Below the pieces are notes generated by a model, which saw nothing but the letters and a program-made list of their open reading frames with translations, ran no database searches and had not been told where the DNA came from. DNA of 64,000 nt from positions 1 through 64,000 of IMG/VR virus record IMGVR_UViG_3300040801_004532. One strand, written 5' to 3'. Numbering within the stretch: position 1 is the first letter of the stretch; each line of letters opens with the position of its first letter. Both the position numbers and the translations under genes were made by a program. This document shows positions 39,199 through 49,221 of the stretch, piece by piece.

Positions 39199-40701
39199 TT
39201 AAAGCATTCCTCCCATTCCTGTGAATGTCATTAATTCACAATGACCATCACTATTCTTTTTATCACTTGAATCTCTATTACTTTTTCTTGTTGCACTAAT
39301 AAATTTAAACCTTTCAAAATCAACCTTAAAATCAATCGCTACATTACTTTGTCCTGATCTGTTTTTTCCAATCTTGCCATGAACAAGATTATCATCAACT
39401 GGATCCTTAGCTAAAAGACCAACAAAATCAGCATGTTCTACTTTTTTGATTGATTCTGAAATTTGATCAACTCCAAGCTCTTTAGAGTCATTAATTTTAT
39501 ATGCAGAACGACCCAATTGAGTTGCAGTTATAATTGGTATATTATATTGAACAGCAAGGGTTTTTAATGCTAATGCAATATGCCCAAGCTCTAATCTATA
39601 TATATCATATCTAGTATCTGTTTTTAATAAATCTAGATAATCAACATAAAGTCCTGCAATTTTAGAATTTGGATATTGATCAATGGTATCATCAATAACA
39701 CCCATAAGATCCAATGGACTCATTGAAGTGGGTGGGAAATATTTCATTATGATTGTTGCGCTATTTTCATCAAGACGATCAAAAATCCTCTTTTTAATAT
39801 CTACCTTTTGACTAATCTCTGTTAGAAATTGTTTAATTGTTACATCAAATAATGGTTGATATGTTCTCATTAAAGATTCTTCAATTGTATTTTCCATAGT
39901 TACATAAATGAAAACATTATGAACCTCGCCTTTAACTGGTTGCTTTGCTTCTGGGATTGCTCTCATAGCGGTCGATGTTGCAGAAAATATAATTGAGTTA
40001 TTTAAAATTGTTGATTTCCCTGCTCCAGACCCCCCACCCCAAACATACAACCTTGAAGGTTCATACCCCCCAAATAAAATTTCATCAAGAAGAGGAAATC
40101 CAGTTGGGGTTTTATTTACCCTGTCATATTTCCTAAGGATCATTTCTTTAACACTATCAAAATCATCTTTATATAAATCGAGTGATGCTGCAGCCTCTAT
40201 TGCCATCGCTCTGTTATTTTCCATCATATTTGAATAAAGCTGTTTTATTGTAACCTCATAGTCTTCAATCAAATCATCAATTGAGTCAAATGATCCATCT
40301 TTAATTGACTCCAAAACCTTATCTAGATCATCATAATTTTTAAACAGAGAATTAATTTTCTTTCTTAATCTAACCTGTTTTACAATGTCCTGAAATACTG
40401 ATTCTTTTAATTCCTCGTGAATTTTTGAATCTAGAAAATCTTTGTGTTGGTTAAATTTTTCACTAAAAGCAATACTGTCTAGAACATTCTCGATAGTCTT
40501 ATCCTCAAGAAGAAGTTGGCAAATTGTCTTGAGACAATCTAATTTTGATTTTATTGTGACAGGAATTTCAAATGCCTGTTTGGATTCACTAAATAGAAGA
40601 ATATCTAATAAATCTCGATATAAAGCTTTTGTCTTTTTGATTCTTGAATTTTTATTAAGAATTAATGTAAAACAAGAATTTAGAAACGACTCTGTTATCA
40701 T
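39199..40701 (-). CDS. Replicative DNA helicase (DnaB/gp41-like)
   Basis: PTGF..LD, Walker A GGSGAGKS, VDYLDL, TATQ, SES, KNR. Confidence 0.9.
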   Translation of the reverse strand: MITESFLNSCFTLILNKNSRIKKTKALYRDLLDILLFSESKQAFEIPVTIKSKLDCLKTICQLLLEDKTIENVLDSIAFSEKFNQHKDFLDSKIHEELKESVFQDIVKQVRLRKKINSLFKNYDDLDKVLESIKDGSFDSIDDLIEDYEVTIKQLYSNMMENNRAMAIEAAASLDLYKDDFDSVKEMILRKYDRVNKTPTGFPLLDEILFGGYEPSRLYVWGGGSGAGKSTILNNSIIFSATSTAMRAIPEAKQPVKGEVHNVFIYVTMENTIEESLMRTYQPLFDVTIKQFLTEISQKVDIKKRIFDRLDENSATIIMKYFPPTSMSPLDLMGVIDDTIDQYPNSKIAGLYVDYLDLLKTDTRYDIYRLELGHIALALKTLAVQYNIPIITATQLGRSAYKINDSKELGVDQISESIKKVEHADFVGLLAKDPVDDNLVHGKIGKNRSGQSNVAIDFKVDFERFKFISATRKSNRDSSDKKNSDGHCELMTFTGMGGML

Positions 40702-40709
40702 TAATGATT

Positions 40710-41093
40710 TTACCTCTTCTTTTTGATTTTTTGTTCCAATGTCGAATTAAACATTTCCATGATTTTCTTATCTACTTCCTCAGCAATCTTTTCTGACATA
40801 ATATCTATTATAGATTTTCCCTCTATATAAATATCACTAGCAGAGATAGTATTTGAAAATGCCATAGAATCATCCATAGAAAAAGAAACAAACCCCTCAT
40901 CTTTTTCTCCTGTGGCATTACTAATCCAATCAACCTTCCCTTTTCCTTGGCATTTTCTACAAAAAGGCGTGATGATATAATTAGAATTTTGATCTACATC
41001 TTTTTCTGTTCCTTTTCCGCCACAATGGTCACATATAAGTTCGCCTTCATTGATAACAACCTTTTGACCTTTTGCATTAACCAAATCTTCCAT
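40710..41093 (-). CDS. DnaJ-type zinc-finger protein (KxDWI family)
   Basis: CDHCGGKG...CRKCQGKGKVDWI. Confidence 0.65.
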   Translation of the reverse strand: MEDLVNAKGQKVVINEGELICDHCGGKGTEKDVDQNSNYIITPFCRKCQGKGKVDWISNATGEKDEGFVSFSMDDSMAFSNTISASDIYIEGKSIIDIMSEKIAEEVDKKIMEMFNSTLEQKIKKKR

Positions 41094-41318
41094 TTATTCC
41101 GCCTTTTTTCCCACTGCTTTTTCAATCCAATCAATTTTTCCTGACCCAAGACAATGGTGACAGACCAACATAGTATTGTTTGGTACCTTTGGAAATTTTG
41201 ATGTTTTAATAAATTTTGCCCTCCTCACCAAACCACTACCACCACACGTTCTACAAAACTCCTGCCCTTCTTCAAGGGCAATGTAAGTTTTGTTATAAGC
41301 ATTATATCTTTTATTCAT
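41094..41318 (-). CDS. DnaJ-type zinc-finger protein (KxDWI family)
   Basis: CRTCGGSG...CHHCLGSGKIDWI. Confidence 0.65.
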   Translation of the reverse strand: MNKRYNAYNKTYIALEEGQEFCRTCGGSGLVRRAKFIKTSKFPKVPNNTMLVCHHCLGSGKIDWIEKAVGKKAE

Positions 41319-42708
41319 GGAAAGGCAATACCCTCGATTTATCATCAAGATCTACAAACTCATCTTTGGATAAATATTTCTTTACCAAATAATGACAATA
41401 ATCCTCATCTAAACTAGCTAAGACATTAAGGGATCTTGGGATACTATGAGCTTTAACTTTTTGTTTTCTTGTTAATTTTCCTTGGTTTAAAATCCTTGTA
41501 GCTTCTAAACATTCTCTATAAAATTCTTCTTCGTCACCAGATTCATAAATTGGATAAACACGTTCTGCAAATTCTCTCATACCTTGTTGAATATCTGTAT
41601 ATAAATCCAATGTATATAATATTGAATAGACCTTAACATCTTCCCAAAATGTATTTCTACTTGGATCATAAATCCCATCAACATTAATCTTTGAAAACCC
41701 CCACTTATCGGATAGACGATCAAAAATTCTTTGTGTCATATCATGAACAGATAGATCCTTTAAAAATCTCAGATCAAGTCTATCGCTTTTGATACTCATT
41801 TTTCTAATGTAGCCATATTCATCTGCAACATGCATAAACCTTGCGTGCATTACCTGCTTATAAATACCCGATGAATCATAAGTAATGTTCAAATCAATTC
41901 CATGTTTCTTTTTAATAACGACACTAAACAATTCATAAAACAATACATCCCTGAAATTTGCACCACCAAGAATATGAAAATTTAAATGTTTGAATCCATG
42001 TCTTATGGCTTCATTTACAAGCGGAACAATAGGAAGGATATAAATCACACATGGGATTGACATATCACTAGACATATTCGCAACAATTCCGCCTGTACCA
42101 TGATACTTAAAATGTCTGAACATATCATGGTCTCTTAGGAGCTTCGTATAAATTTCCCAAAGTTTGGGGGTACGAAAATGATGAACATATATAATCTTAT
42201 CACGAACATGATCAGGAAGAGATTTGGCTTTTTCATATGACTCAAGATTTAATTTATAAACATCATCAAAATTATGAAAAATCTTGCAACCAGGTCCCGG
42301 AGGAATATCAAGAATAAATGCTTTATCATAAACATCTGCATACTCAACAAGCCACTCATAATATAATTTATAAAGCAAATCAGATTCTGCTCTTGTTAAT
42401 CTTCCAATTGAAATCTGAAAGCCACCACTATCTGCAATCAAATTACAATTATCAAAGAGTCCCCACTCTCGACACTTCCTATATAAATCACCTTCTCGTT
42501 GTTTATATTTATCAAATTTTTTCTTTCCGCCAAAATCCTGACCAAATGAATGAAGAAACCCGGCAGTTGTTTTAGAAAGAAAGTTTGATATGTCTTCTCT
42601 CGTAAAATTATTGTTAAATCTCCCTCTTCGTCCTTCGATAAAATTTTCAAGAATAGTTGCAAGCGTCTCAAATCCTGCTAGAACATATCCACTTCTTTTA
42701 ACATCCAT
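41311..42708 (-). CDS. TGT-fold guanine transglycosylase (DpdA-like; probable DNA 7-deazaguanine insertase)
   Basis: ADSGGFQ, LDIPP, FHILG, YDSS in the order of the TGT/DpdA catalytic elements; queE nearby. Confidence 0.7.
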   Translation of the reverse strand: MDVKRSGYVLAGFETLATILENFIEGRRGRFNNNFTREDISNFLSKTTAGFLHSFGQDFGGKKKFDKYKQREGDLYRKCREWGLFDNCNLIADSGGFQISIGRLTRAESDLLYKLYYEWLVEYADVYDKAFILDIPPGPGCKIFHNFDDVYKLNLESYEKAKSLPDHVRDKIIYVHHFRTPKLWEIYTKLLRDHDMFRHFKYHGTGGIVANMSSDMSIPCVIYILPIVPLVNEAIRHGFKHLNFHILGGANFRDVLFYELFSVVIKKKHGIDLNITYDSSGIYKQVMHARFMHVADEYGYIRKMSIKSDRLDLRFLKDLSVHDMTQRIFDRLSDKWGFSKINVDGIYDPSRNTFWEDVKVYSILYTLDLYTDIQQGMREFAERVYPIYESGDEEEFYRECLEATRILNQGKLTRKQKVKAHSIPRSLNVLASLDEDYCHYLVKKYLSKDEFVDLDDKSRVLPFHE

Positions 42709-43140
42709 TCAAATACCCCCCACCCTCCCCAATTCTGTCATTCCCTTTGAGTATGGACTTGTGGCAGCACCACTAGTTCCCGAAATCCCAGCAAATCCAA
42801 TTGATCCAGATACTCCCGATGGTCCAACACATCCACTTGTTCCAGATGTACCCATATAACCAGAAGACCCATTATAATCTGGAGGTTCAACTCCAGTAGC
42901 TTGTTCAATCCAATCTAATTTTCTTTTTCCCCAACATTTAGGGCAAATTGAAATATTCCTACATATTGATCCATCCTTCCTCGCTAATTCAATTGCTCCA
43001 CGCCCACCACAAATGGGGCACACAATTTCTCCCAAATCTTCATCTAGTTCAATTTCGCTTATTCCAGCACCATTGAAAGGGGTGCGTTTAGAAATAACTT
43101 CACCATTTAGATATTTTTTAAAATTATCTAATATTCCCAT
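42709..43140 (-). CDS. DnaJ-type zinc-finger protein with GTS-like tail
   Basis: CPICGGRG...CPKCWGKRKLDWI followed by Gly-X-Y triplets. Confidence 0.65.
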   Translation of the reverse strand: MGILDNFKKYLNGEVISKRTPFNGAGISEIELDEDLGEIVCPICGGRGAIELARKDGSICRNISICPKCWGKRKLDWIEQATGVEPPDYNGSSGYMGTSGTSGCVGPSGVSGSIGFAGISGTSGAATSPYSKGMTELGRVGGI

Positions 43141-43151
43141 TTATTCACCAC

Positions 43152-43676
43152 CTACAATTTTTCTATTACAATACTACCACCAGTGGACGAATCAAATTCC
43201 ATTGCACATTTTAACGCCAACTCAATTCGTTTTACTGGTTCCATATCATTGTTTAGTTCTTGTATTGCTTTCAAAGATCCCAAAGCATATGTACCGCCAG
43301 ATCCAATAGCAGTAAATTCATCCACGGTACTAATATGAAAATCAACCAAAATTTCATATAGCTGCTTTTTGTAACCAATAATAAGATTGGATACCCACGC
43401 TTCAGTTTGGTCGTCTGTAATAGCAAGACATCCCTTTTCTCGACAATGATTTCTCAGATAATCAGGGAAGTCAAGTATATCTTCTGGAGGGTCAAAAAAT
43501 TTAGAATGTAAAATTTGACACCCCCTTGCGCTGCCAACTGCACCCAGCAAATAATTTCCAACTCTAAATATTTTTTGGGCTTTAATGGGACGAATGTCAC
43601 CGCCTTCAGACGATCCTCTGGTATCTGCTCCTATATAAACATTTCCCTTATGTTTTATTCCTACAACACATGACAT
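43152..43676 (-). CDS. Ntn-hydrolase, HslV/proteasome-beta-like peptidase
   Basis: MSCVVG...IGAD...KIF...AIGSG..YALG. Confidence 0.8.
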   Translation of the reverse strand: MSCVVGIKHKGNVYIGADTRGSSEGGDIRPIKAQKIFRVGNYLLGAVGSARGCQILHSKFFDPPEDILDFPDYLRNHCREKGCLAITDDQTEAWVSNLIIGYKKQLYEILVDFHISTVDEFTAIGSGGTYALGSLKAIQELNNDMEPVKRIELALKCAMEFDSSTGGSIVIEKL

Positions 43677-43677
43677 T

Positions 43678-44478
43678 TTATTCCCCCTTTAATTTCATAT
43701 CATCTCTCATCCTAAGACATTTTGCTAGATCAAATGAGTAGTCGTATATATGTAACCCTTTACTTGAAGCAAATATTTCTCCATCTTCAATCCCAATCTC
43801 TTCTGTAATATATTCCTTTAATAATTGAATACCAGCAAGATTTGCAGGGAATCCTCCCCATAGGTCCCACGATCTGAAATATGGATAAAAGTGAAGTTTT
43901 CCATCTTGAATCCTTGTATCAATGTGTCTTAAACATGGAGGATCTTGTAAAAGCATATCAGTTGGATGTGCAACTTGTAAAACCATTTGATTATTTCTGT
44001 AACCTTTATTTTTATATGTCCAAATTAACAGTTCAATTTGATTTAAATGCCAATGACCGGTAGAATAAATAATGCCAAGATCAATTAATTCCTCAATTTC
44101 CTCTATGAGAATATTTGGCCAATGACCCTCCTTATATAAATGTAAGGGATAATTTATTGGATACGCAGTTAACCTTTGACCATATGTATATGATTCCCCA
44201 TCTTTTAATGCTCCAGTCATCAAATACGGAAGGTATTCATCTAGATAATCATCAGCTACAGGGTTTGGAATATTATGGTGTGCTTCTATCTGAGGTAAAA
44301 GAGGTTTTGACCAGGGATGTTTAATATGAACATTTACCCAATCAAATTCTAATCTTTTTTGCCCAGCATATGATCCCCGGTCAATTTTAAATACTGAACC
44401 TTCTTCAAGGATTCTAAAAAGAGTTTGAAACCAAGCATCTCCTAAATCTCTGGCTTCAATCGTTTGAACATTAAGCAT
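43678..44478 (-). CDS. thyA: Thymidylate synthase-family enzyme (archaeal-like ThyA, or dNMP hydroxymethylase)
   Basis: YTYGQR, DPPCL, FRSWD, FPAN, LHIY. Confidence 0.8.
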   Translation of the reverse strand: MLNVQTIEARDLGDAWFQTLFRILEEGSVFKIDRGSYAGQKRLEFDWVNVHIKHPWSKPLLPQIEAHHNIPNPVADDYLDEYLPYLMTGALKDGESYTYGQRLTAYPINYPLHLYKEGHWPNILIEEIEELIDLGIIYSTGHWHLNQIELLIWTYKNKGYRNNQMVLQVAHPTDMLLQDPPCLRHIDTRIQDGKLHFYPYFRSWDLWGGFPANLAGIQLLKEYITEEIGIEDGEIFASSKGLHIYDYSFDLAKCLRMRDDMKLKGE

Positions 44479-44490
44479 TATCTATTCCTT

Positions 44491-44817
44491 TCATGATATA
44501 ATTTTAGAATCTTCTTTTGGGGCTTCAAGGGTAAATTCATCAAGTGATTCTCGAGTTTTCTCATCTATAAGAAAACCATAAATTTCGTCAACCTTTAAAA
44601 CCTTCAAGAGGGATTTCCCAATTACCACATCCATTCCACCACGAGGATGCATAACAAGAATATCTCCTTTATTTATACCTTCAACTTTTAATCCAACAGA
44701 TAGAACCTTGCCATATGCTTGTGGATCCTGAACAGTTTCCGGAAGGATTATTCCTCCTGACGATTTACTTCTCTTCAGAACTTGTACTATAACTTTGTCT
44801 TCGATTGCTTCGATCAT
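44491..44817 (-). CDS. groES: Co-chaperonin GroES
   Basis: DKVIV...SSGGIILP...G.VLSVG...GD. Confidence 0.85.
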   Translation of the reverse strand: MIEAIEDKVIVQVLKRSKSSGGIILPETVQDPQAYGKVLSVGLKVEGINKGDILVMHPRGGMDVVIGKSLLKVLKVDEIYGFLIDEKTRESLDEFTLEAPKEDSKIIS

Positions 44818-45124
44818 TTTGTTTAGCTCCCTTCTTTTGCTTCTTTTTTTTACGAATGATTTTTTCTTTCAACTTCTCCAACTTTTCTTCTTCTTTTTGT
44901 ATTGCTCTTATAGATTGGACTTTTTTTCTTCTTTTCCTATCGCTAGGTTTCTCATAATACATCTTTTCTCTAAACTCTTTGGCAATACCACTCTTTGAAA
45001 ATTTCTTACGAAAGCGTTTTAAAAGTTCTTCATCACTCTCGTCTTTTCTACGAACTACACATATTCCTGTGTGTTCATCAGGATAATAATGTTTATGATA
45101 AGTCATAGCTTGAATATTTGCCAC
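44765..45124 (-). CDS. rpsU: Ribosomal protein bS21
   Basis: V.....ES.E..LKRFRKK..K.GI..E.R...YYEKPS..KRRK. Confidence 0.85.
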   Translation of the reverse strand: MANIQAMTYHKHYYPDEHTGICVVRRKDESDEELLKRFRKKFSKSGIAKEFREKMYYEKPSDRKRRKKVQSIRAIQKEEEKLEKLKEKIIRKKKKQKKGAKQNDRSNRRQSYSTSSEEK

Positions 45125-45133
45125 CTCCCTTCA

Positions 45134-45805
45134 TTATACAAATCCATAAATTATATGGTCTCTCGATGAAAAGCTGAAACCATATTTCTCGCAAATATCA
45201 AAAACAGCTGCAGAATTTTTAATGAGATCTACCCTGGTTGTTCCCTCAGGCATAACCCAAACTCTATGGTTCCAACTAAGGTTTTTATAATTAGCGGAAA
45301 TATTGGCCAAAAACTTTTCAATCAACGGACTATCATCATATACAACTTTTATATAAACTTCTGGAAAACTTTCTAGAAGTTTAACATTTTGTAGTGCTGA
45401 TGATAGATCACTATCATTAAAGATTTTTGGCGAATAAACATATCTAACATGTTTATCAGGAGAAACCTCTTGAATTAACTGGAACAATTTATACCCATTT
45501 GATTCAACATTTGCAATTGGATAGTCCAGCTCATTAAGTAATAAAGCGGCTTCATCAAAATGTTTTGGAACCGTTGGTTCTCCACCTGTAATCAAAAGTC
45601 CTGCATTTGTTCTATAAATTGTATCTTGAATATCTGAAAGAAGATGCGGAGCCTCTGCTGAGATTCTCATTTTTACAGAGGTATCACACCAAGGACATTT
45701 CAGATTACAAGTCTTAAATCTGAGAATGATCATTGGTCGCCCGCTATCAATTCCTTCGCCTTGCCATGAAATAAAATTTTCGATTAATTTAACACTTTTA
45801 CTCAT
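45134..45805 (-). CDS. queE: 7-carboxy-7-deazaguanine synthase (radical SAM)
   Basis: E.F.SWQGEG..G....LR...CNLKCPWCDT, ITGGEP, ESNG, SPK. Confidence 0.85.
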   Translation of the reverse strand: MSKSVKLIENFISWQGEGIDSGRPMIILRFKTCNLKCPWCDTSVKMRISAEAPHLLSDIQDTIYRTNAGLLITGGEPTVPKHFDEAALLLNELDYPIANVESNGYKLFQLIQEVSPDKHVRYVYSPKIFNDSDLSSALQNVKLLESFPEVYIKVVYDDSPLIEKFLANISANYKNLSWNHRVWVMPEGTTRVDLIKNSAAVFDICEKYGFSFSSRDHIIYGFV

Positions 45806-45840
45806 TTATAATTTCCCCTTTCGTTTATTGTTTGTTCTGA

Positions 45841-48800
45841 TTATATAGTTAATAGTTCCGACTTTTCTCTTATATCAGTCAGCGGCTTAAGCATTAGCTC
45901 ATGCCTATCCATAAATGAAAATCTCAATGCTGCGTTTAAATCAGGGACAAAAAATGCTGGTAGCCTCCTTTCTTCATCGGGAATAGCAATTACCTCAAGT
46001 TTATTACCACGCCCAATAAATTTATCATATTTAGCTCTTATTTTTTCTCTTTCTTTATCATCTTGTATTTTATCAAAATCAATTCCTCTAACCCAGAACA
46101 TGTATGCCTTATTTCCAGGTCTATGAATATCATACATTATATTATTCCAGGCTTCCATAGCTCTAACGCCTTGTGGAATTGTTTTATAATCGCTTAGTTC
46201 TTTTCCCCAAGTTACAGGTCGAGCAATAGTTTTATCGCCTTGAATAATAAGATCTTTAAATTCCTTTTCTTTTCTTGACACATATTTTATAACTTTTGAT
46301 AATTTAAATTTTTCATCTTTCAGGATCAGCTCTGAAAGCTCTGATAAAAATTCTTTTGATTTACTTGGATAATCTGATCTTTTAATTTCAACACCCATAT
46401 AATTAATCTTATCAACTTCTTTTCCTTCGTTATTTATAACACGAATTGCATATCTCTTTTTAGCCAAAAACAATCCTCGTGAAATAACAAGCTCATTTTT
46501 TAATTCAAGGCGATTAAATTCTAAATTAACATTGTGTCGTTTAACCATTTCAACAATTCGATGTTTATTTAAAAATTCTTCAACCTCTTTACACCATCCT
46601 TGAATTTTCTCGACTGATAGATCTTTATTTTTAAACCCTCCAAAATAACAGAAAATTGAATCTGTATCGCCTGTTATTATATATTCGTTATTTCTTTCGG
46701 GCATTTCATCTGAGTACATTTCTTTTTTGGTTAAGGGATTGGGGTGCTCGTATTTTTCATTCTTGTCTATGTGCCTCATAAAAGCATCACCTTCAATAAT
46801 TGATGTTTTTAATGCCTCTTGTCCGGATAATGTTACGGCCCCTGCTACATCAATATCAAAAAATCTAAATGCCTTATTAGCTACAACTCCATATAATGTA
46901 TTTGCAAGGACCTTATAAACTAACTGTCTTGTATAAAAGAAATTTTCGGAATCTTTATCTTTTTCTTCAATCGCTTGAAACATCTCTTTTTTATATCTTT
47001 TTCTTGTTTTCATTAACATATCAACGACCTCACCAAAAACAGAAAACTCTTTTTCGTGTGGTAAAAAGAAACATCCGTTGATTGTATAAACTAAATTATT
47101 TTCTTTAACTTTTTTCATTAACTGGTCAGGAGTAATAACCATCTCTTTCTTTTCAAACAATGGATCATATACAACCTCAATTTTCTCCGGAAGATTTTCT
47201 GGATGATATGCTAATTCATAACCAAGATGTGAGTCTTTAGTTTTCATTACATAACTATTCACGCCAATGTTATATGTAATCATAATACTTGGGTATAGAG
47301 ATGCAAAGTCAAAGTCTGTAATCCAATCATATGCGCCTGGAATTGGACTAAAAACAAATGCCCCCGGATATTTTCCTTTTTCAGTATGAGGGTCAGAATT
47401 TTTTGAACCGAAACCTTTATTTCTAAGATATGATACCATCAACGAATCAATTTGACCAAATGATGATACAGAATCAAATGAAGTATTACAAATTATTCTT
47501 AACTCATTAAGCAGGTTAATATGAGCTAATTTATCATCAAGTTGCTCAAGGAGATCTGTATCCCGAATGTTATATTCAATTGTCTTATTAAACATTTTCC
47601 AATACATTTCATTGAAAGGTAAGGGCAGATCTATTTTTGTAATCCCCAACTCATGTTGTGCAATAAAACCAAGTTTATAATTTTCCATTTTTGTAAATGT
47701 AAATGTCCTATATAAAAAGTCCTGATCAATTGCTACACAACCAGGAATATGGCAAACATATTTTGAACCGTCAACATAAAACTCGCCAAATCTATTGAAC
47801 ATTGATTGCTTTAATCCAATCTTTGGCATTCTGTTATATATATATTCAAGGTCGAATGAAATACAGTTCCATCCTGCAATAAAATCAGGATCTTCACTTT
47901 TAAAATCTTTGGAAAATTCCCTCAACAGTTCCTTTTCTGTATTAAAAATTTTAAAATCAACCCCATCAATTTTTTCAATCGGTTCTGTTTTATTGTCAAC
48001 TACATAATGTGTTTTGGTTTTATTGAATATTGTTGTAAGCATATTAATTGGAAATTTGGCCTCTAGAGGACGGGGGAAAACTCGCTCATCCCCTGTATCT
48101 ACCTCAATATCGAAAAACATAATATTTGATTTAACTTTTTTAGCTTCGCCTTTACTGTAATGATAATAATCCATTGCATGTTTCGCTGTTATTCTGACAT
48201 CACCTTCGTATGTTATATCAGGATCTAAATTATATCTATCTCGGTATTTCACCTTAATTTGATTTAAATGATCATAAGGAACAATCTTCTTTCCTTGATG
48301 TCCCTTTTTTATTTGATAACAAACATAATCGTCATTCTCCGTATGATATATTTTTCTATTGTCCTTATCACGAAATATATAAAGGATTTGACTTGTTTTG
48401 TTAAGAAACTGAACATCAATCAATCTATAATCATCTGAATAAAATTGCTTTGGAATCTTATATCTAAATATTCCAGCCCCCATAGATTCAATATCATGAT
48501 GCGAAACCTCTATGTCTTTTCCACTCAACATTGTAGAAATTTGCCCCATCGCTTCTTCAAATTTTGGTTCCCAAACTCCCAAATTTCTATTGACAAACGA
48601 AGGATGAACTATTATGACAGTTTTAAACCCATTCCATTCTGTAACCTTGCCATGAATTTTTGTTATGCCTGATTTTCCCATTCCAAATGCAGACATAGGA
48701 CTTCCGCCCATAATAACAACAAGTTTTGGATTACAAATCTTTGTTATATTTATACAATTGATTTTGCAGTTTTTAATAACATCATCATCTGGGTTGCCGG

Positions 48801-49080
48801 TTGTTCCATCATCATTTAAGGTTTGACAAAGGACAACATTTGTAAGAAGGTAATTGCATTTATTTAAACCAAATTTATTAAAGTATTTTCTAAATAATTT
48901 CCCAGCCTTCCCGACTAATGGATTACCTTTTTTAACTTCTTCTTTACCAGGATTTTCTGCGATAAAAACTACATCTACTTTTGATAAATCATCTTCACAA
49001 TTTGTTTCAAGAATACACGAAGGGAATTCTAAAAGTTTACACTCGGCACAATTTGCAAAAGACTTTTTTATTGAAAACAA
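45841..49080 (-). CDS. Family B DNA polymerase with N-terminal family-4-like uracil-DNA glycosylase domain
   Basis: UDG: CAEC, AENPG, P.VGKAG, TNVVLC, HPS. Exonuclease: DIE, N...FD, YN..D. Polymerase: DFASLYPS, K..AN..YG, GDTDS, KKRY. Confidence 0.9.
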   Translation of the reverse strand: MFSIKKSFANCAECKLLEFPSCILETNCEDDLSKVDVVFIAENPGKEEVKKGNPLVGKAGKLFRKYFNKFGLNKCNYLLTNVVLCQTLNDDGTTGNPDDDVIKNCKINCINITKICNPKLVVIMGGSPMSAFGMGKSGITKIHGKVTEWNGFKTVIIVHPSFVNRNLGVWEPKFEEAMGQISTMLSGKDIEVSHHDIESMGAGIFRYKIPKQFYSDDYRLIDVQFLNKTSQILYIFRDKDNRKIYHTENDDYVCYQIKKGHQGKKIVPYDHLNQIKVKYRDRYNLDPDITYEGDVRITAKHAMDYYHYSKGEAKKVKSNIMFFDIEVDTGDERVFPRPLEAKFPINMLTTIFNKTKTHYVVDNKTEPIEKIDGVDFKIFNTEKELLREFSKDFKSEDPDFIAGWNCISFDLEYIYNRMPKIGLKQSMFNRFGEFYVDGSKYVCHIPGCVAIDQDFLYRTFTFTKMENYKLGFIAQHELGITKIDLPLPFNEMYWKMFNKTIEYNIRDTDLLEQLDDKLAHINLLNELRIICNTSFDSVSSFGQIDSLMVSYLRNKGFGSKNSDPHTEKGKYPGAFVFSPIPGAYDWITDFDFASLYPSIMITYNIGVNSYVMKTKDSHLGYELAYHPENLPEKIEVVYDPLFEKKEMVITPDQLMKKVKENNLVYTINGCFFLPHEKEFSVFGEVVDMLMKTRKRYKKEMFQAIEEKDKDSENFFYTRQLVYKVLANTLYGVVANKAFRFFDIDVAGAVTLSGQEALKTSIIEGDAFMRHIDKNEKYEHPNPLTKKEMYSDEMPERNNEYIITGDTDSIFCYFGGFKNKDLSVEKIQGWCKEVEEFLNKHRIVEMVKRHNVNLEFNRLELKNELVISRGLFLAKKRYAIRVINNEGKEVDKINYMGVEIKRSDYPSKSKEFLSELSELILKDEKFKLSKVIKYVSRKEKEFKDLIIQGDKTIARPVTWGKELSDYKTIPQGVRAMEAWNNIMYDIHRPGNKAYMFWVRGIDFDKIQDDKEREKIRAKYDKFIGRGNKLEVIAIPDEERRLPAFFVPDLNAALRFSFMDRHELMLKPLTDIREKSELLTI

Positions 49081-49154
49081 ATAAATGCCTCCTCAGTTTA
49101 GTTTTGATTTTGTTCCGATTAAAAAAATAATTAACCATTTAAAAAAACATTCAT

Positions 49155-49174
49155 CTATATATATTAATAAGTGA
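49155..49174 (+). promoter_or_regulatory. Putative early promoter
   Basis: CTATATATATTAATAAGTGA. Confidence 0.55.
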
Positions 49175-49221
49175 AAGTAGGTTGGGCGCCTAATATTTAT
49201 TACCGAAGAAAGGAGAACAGC

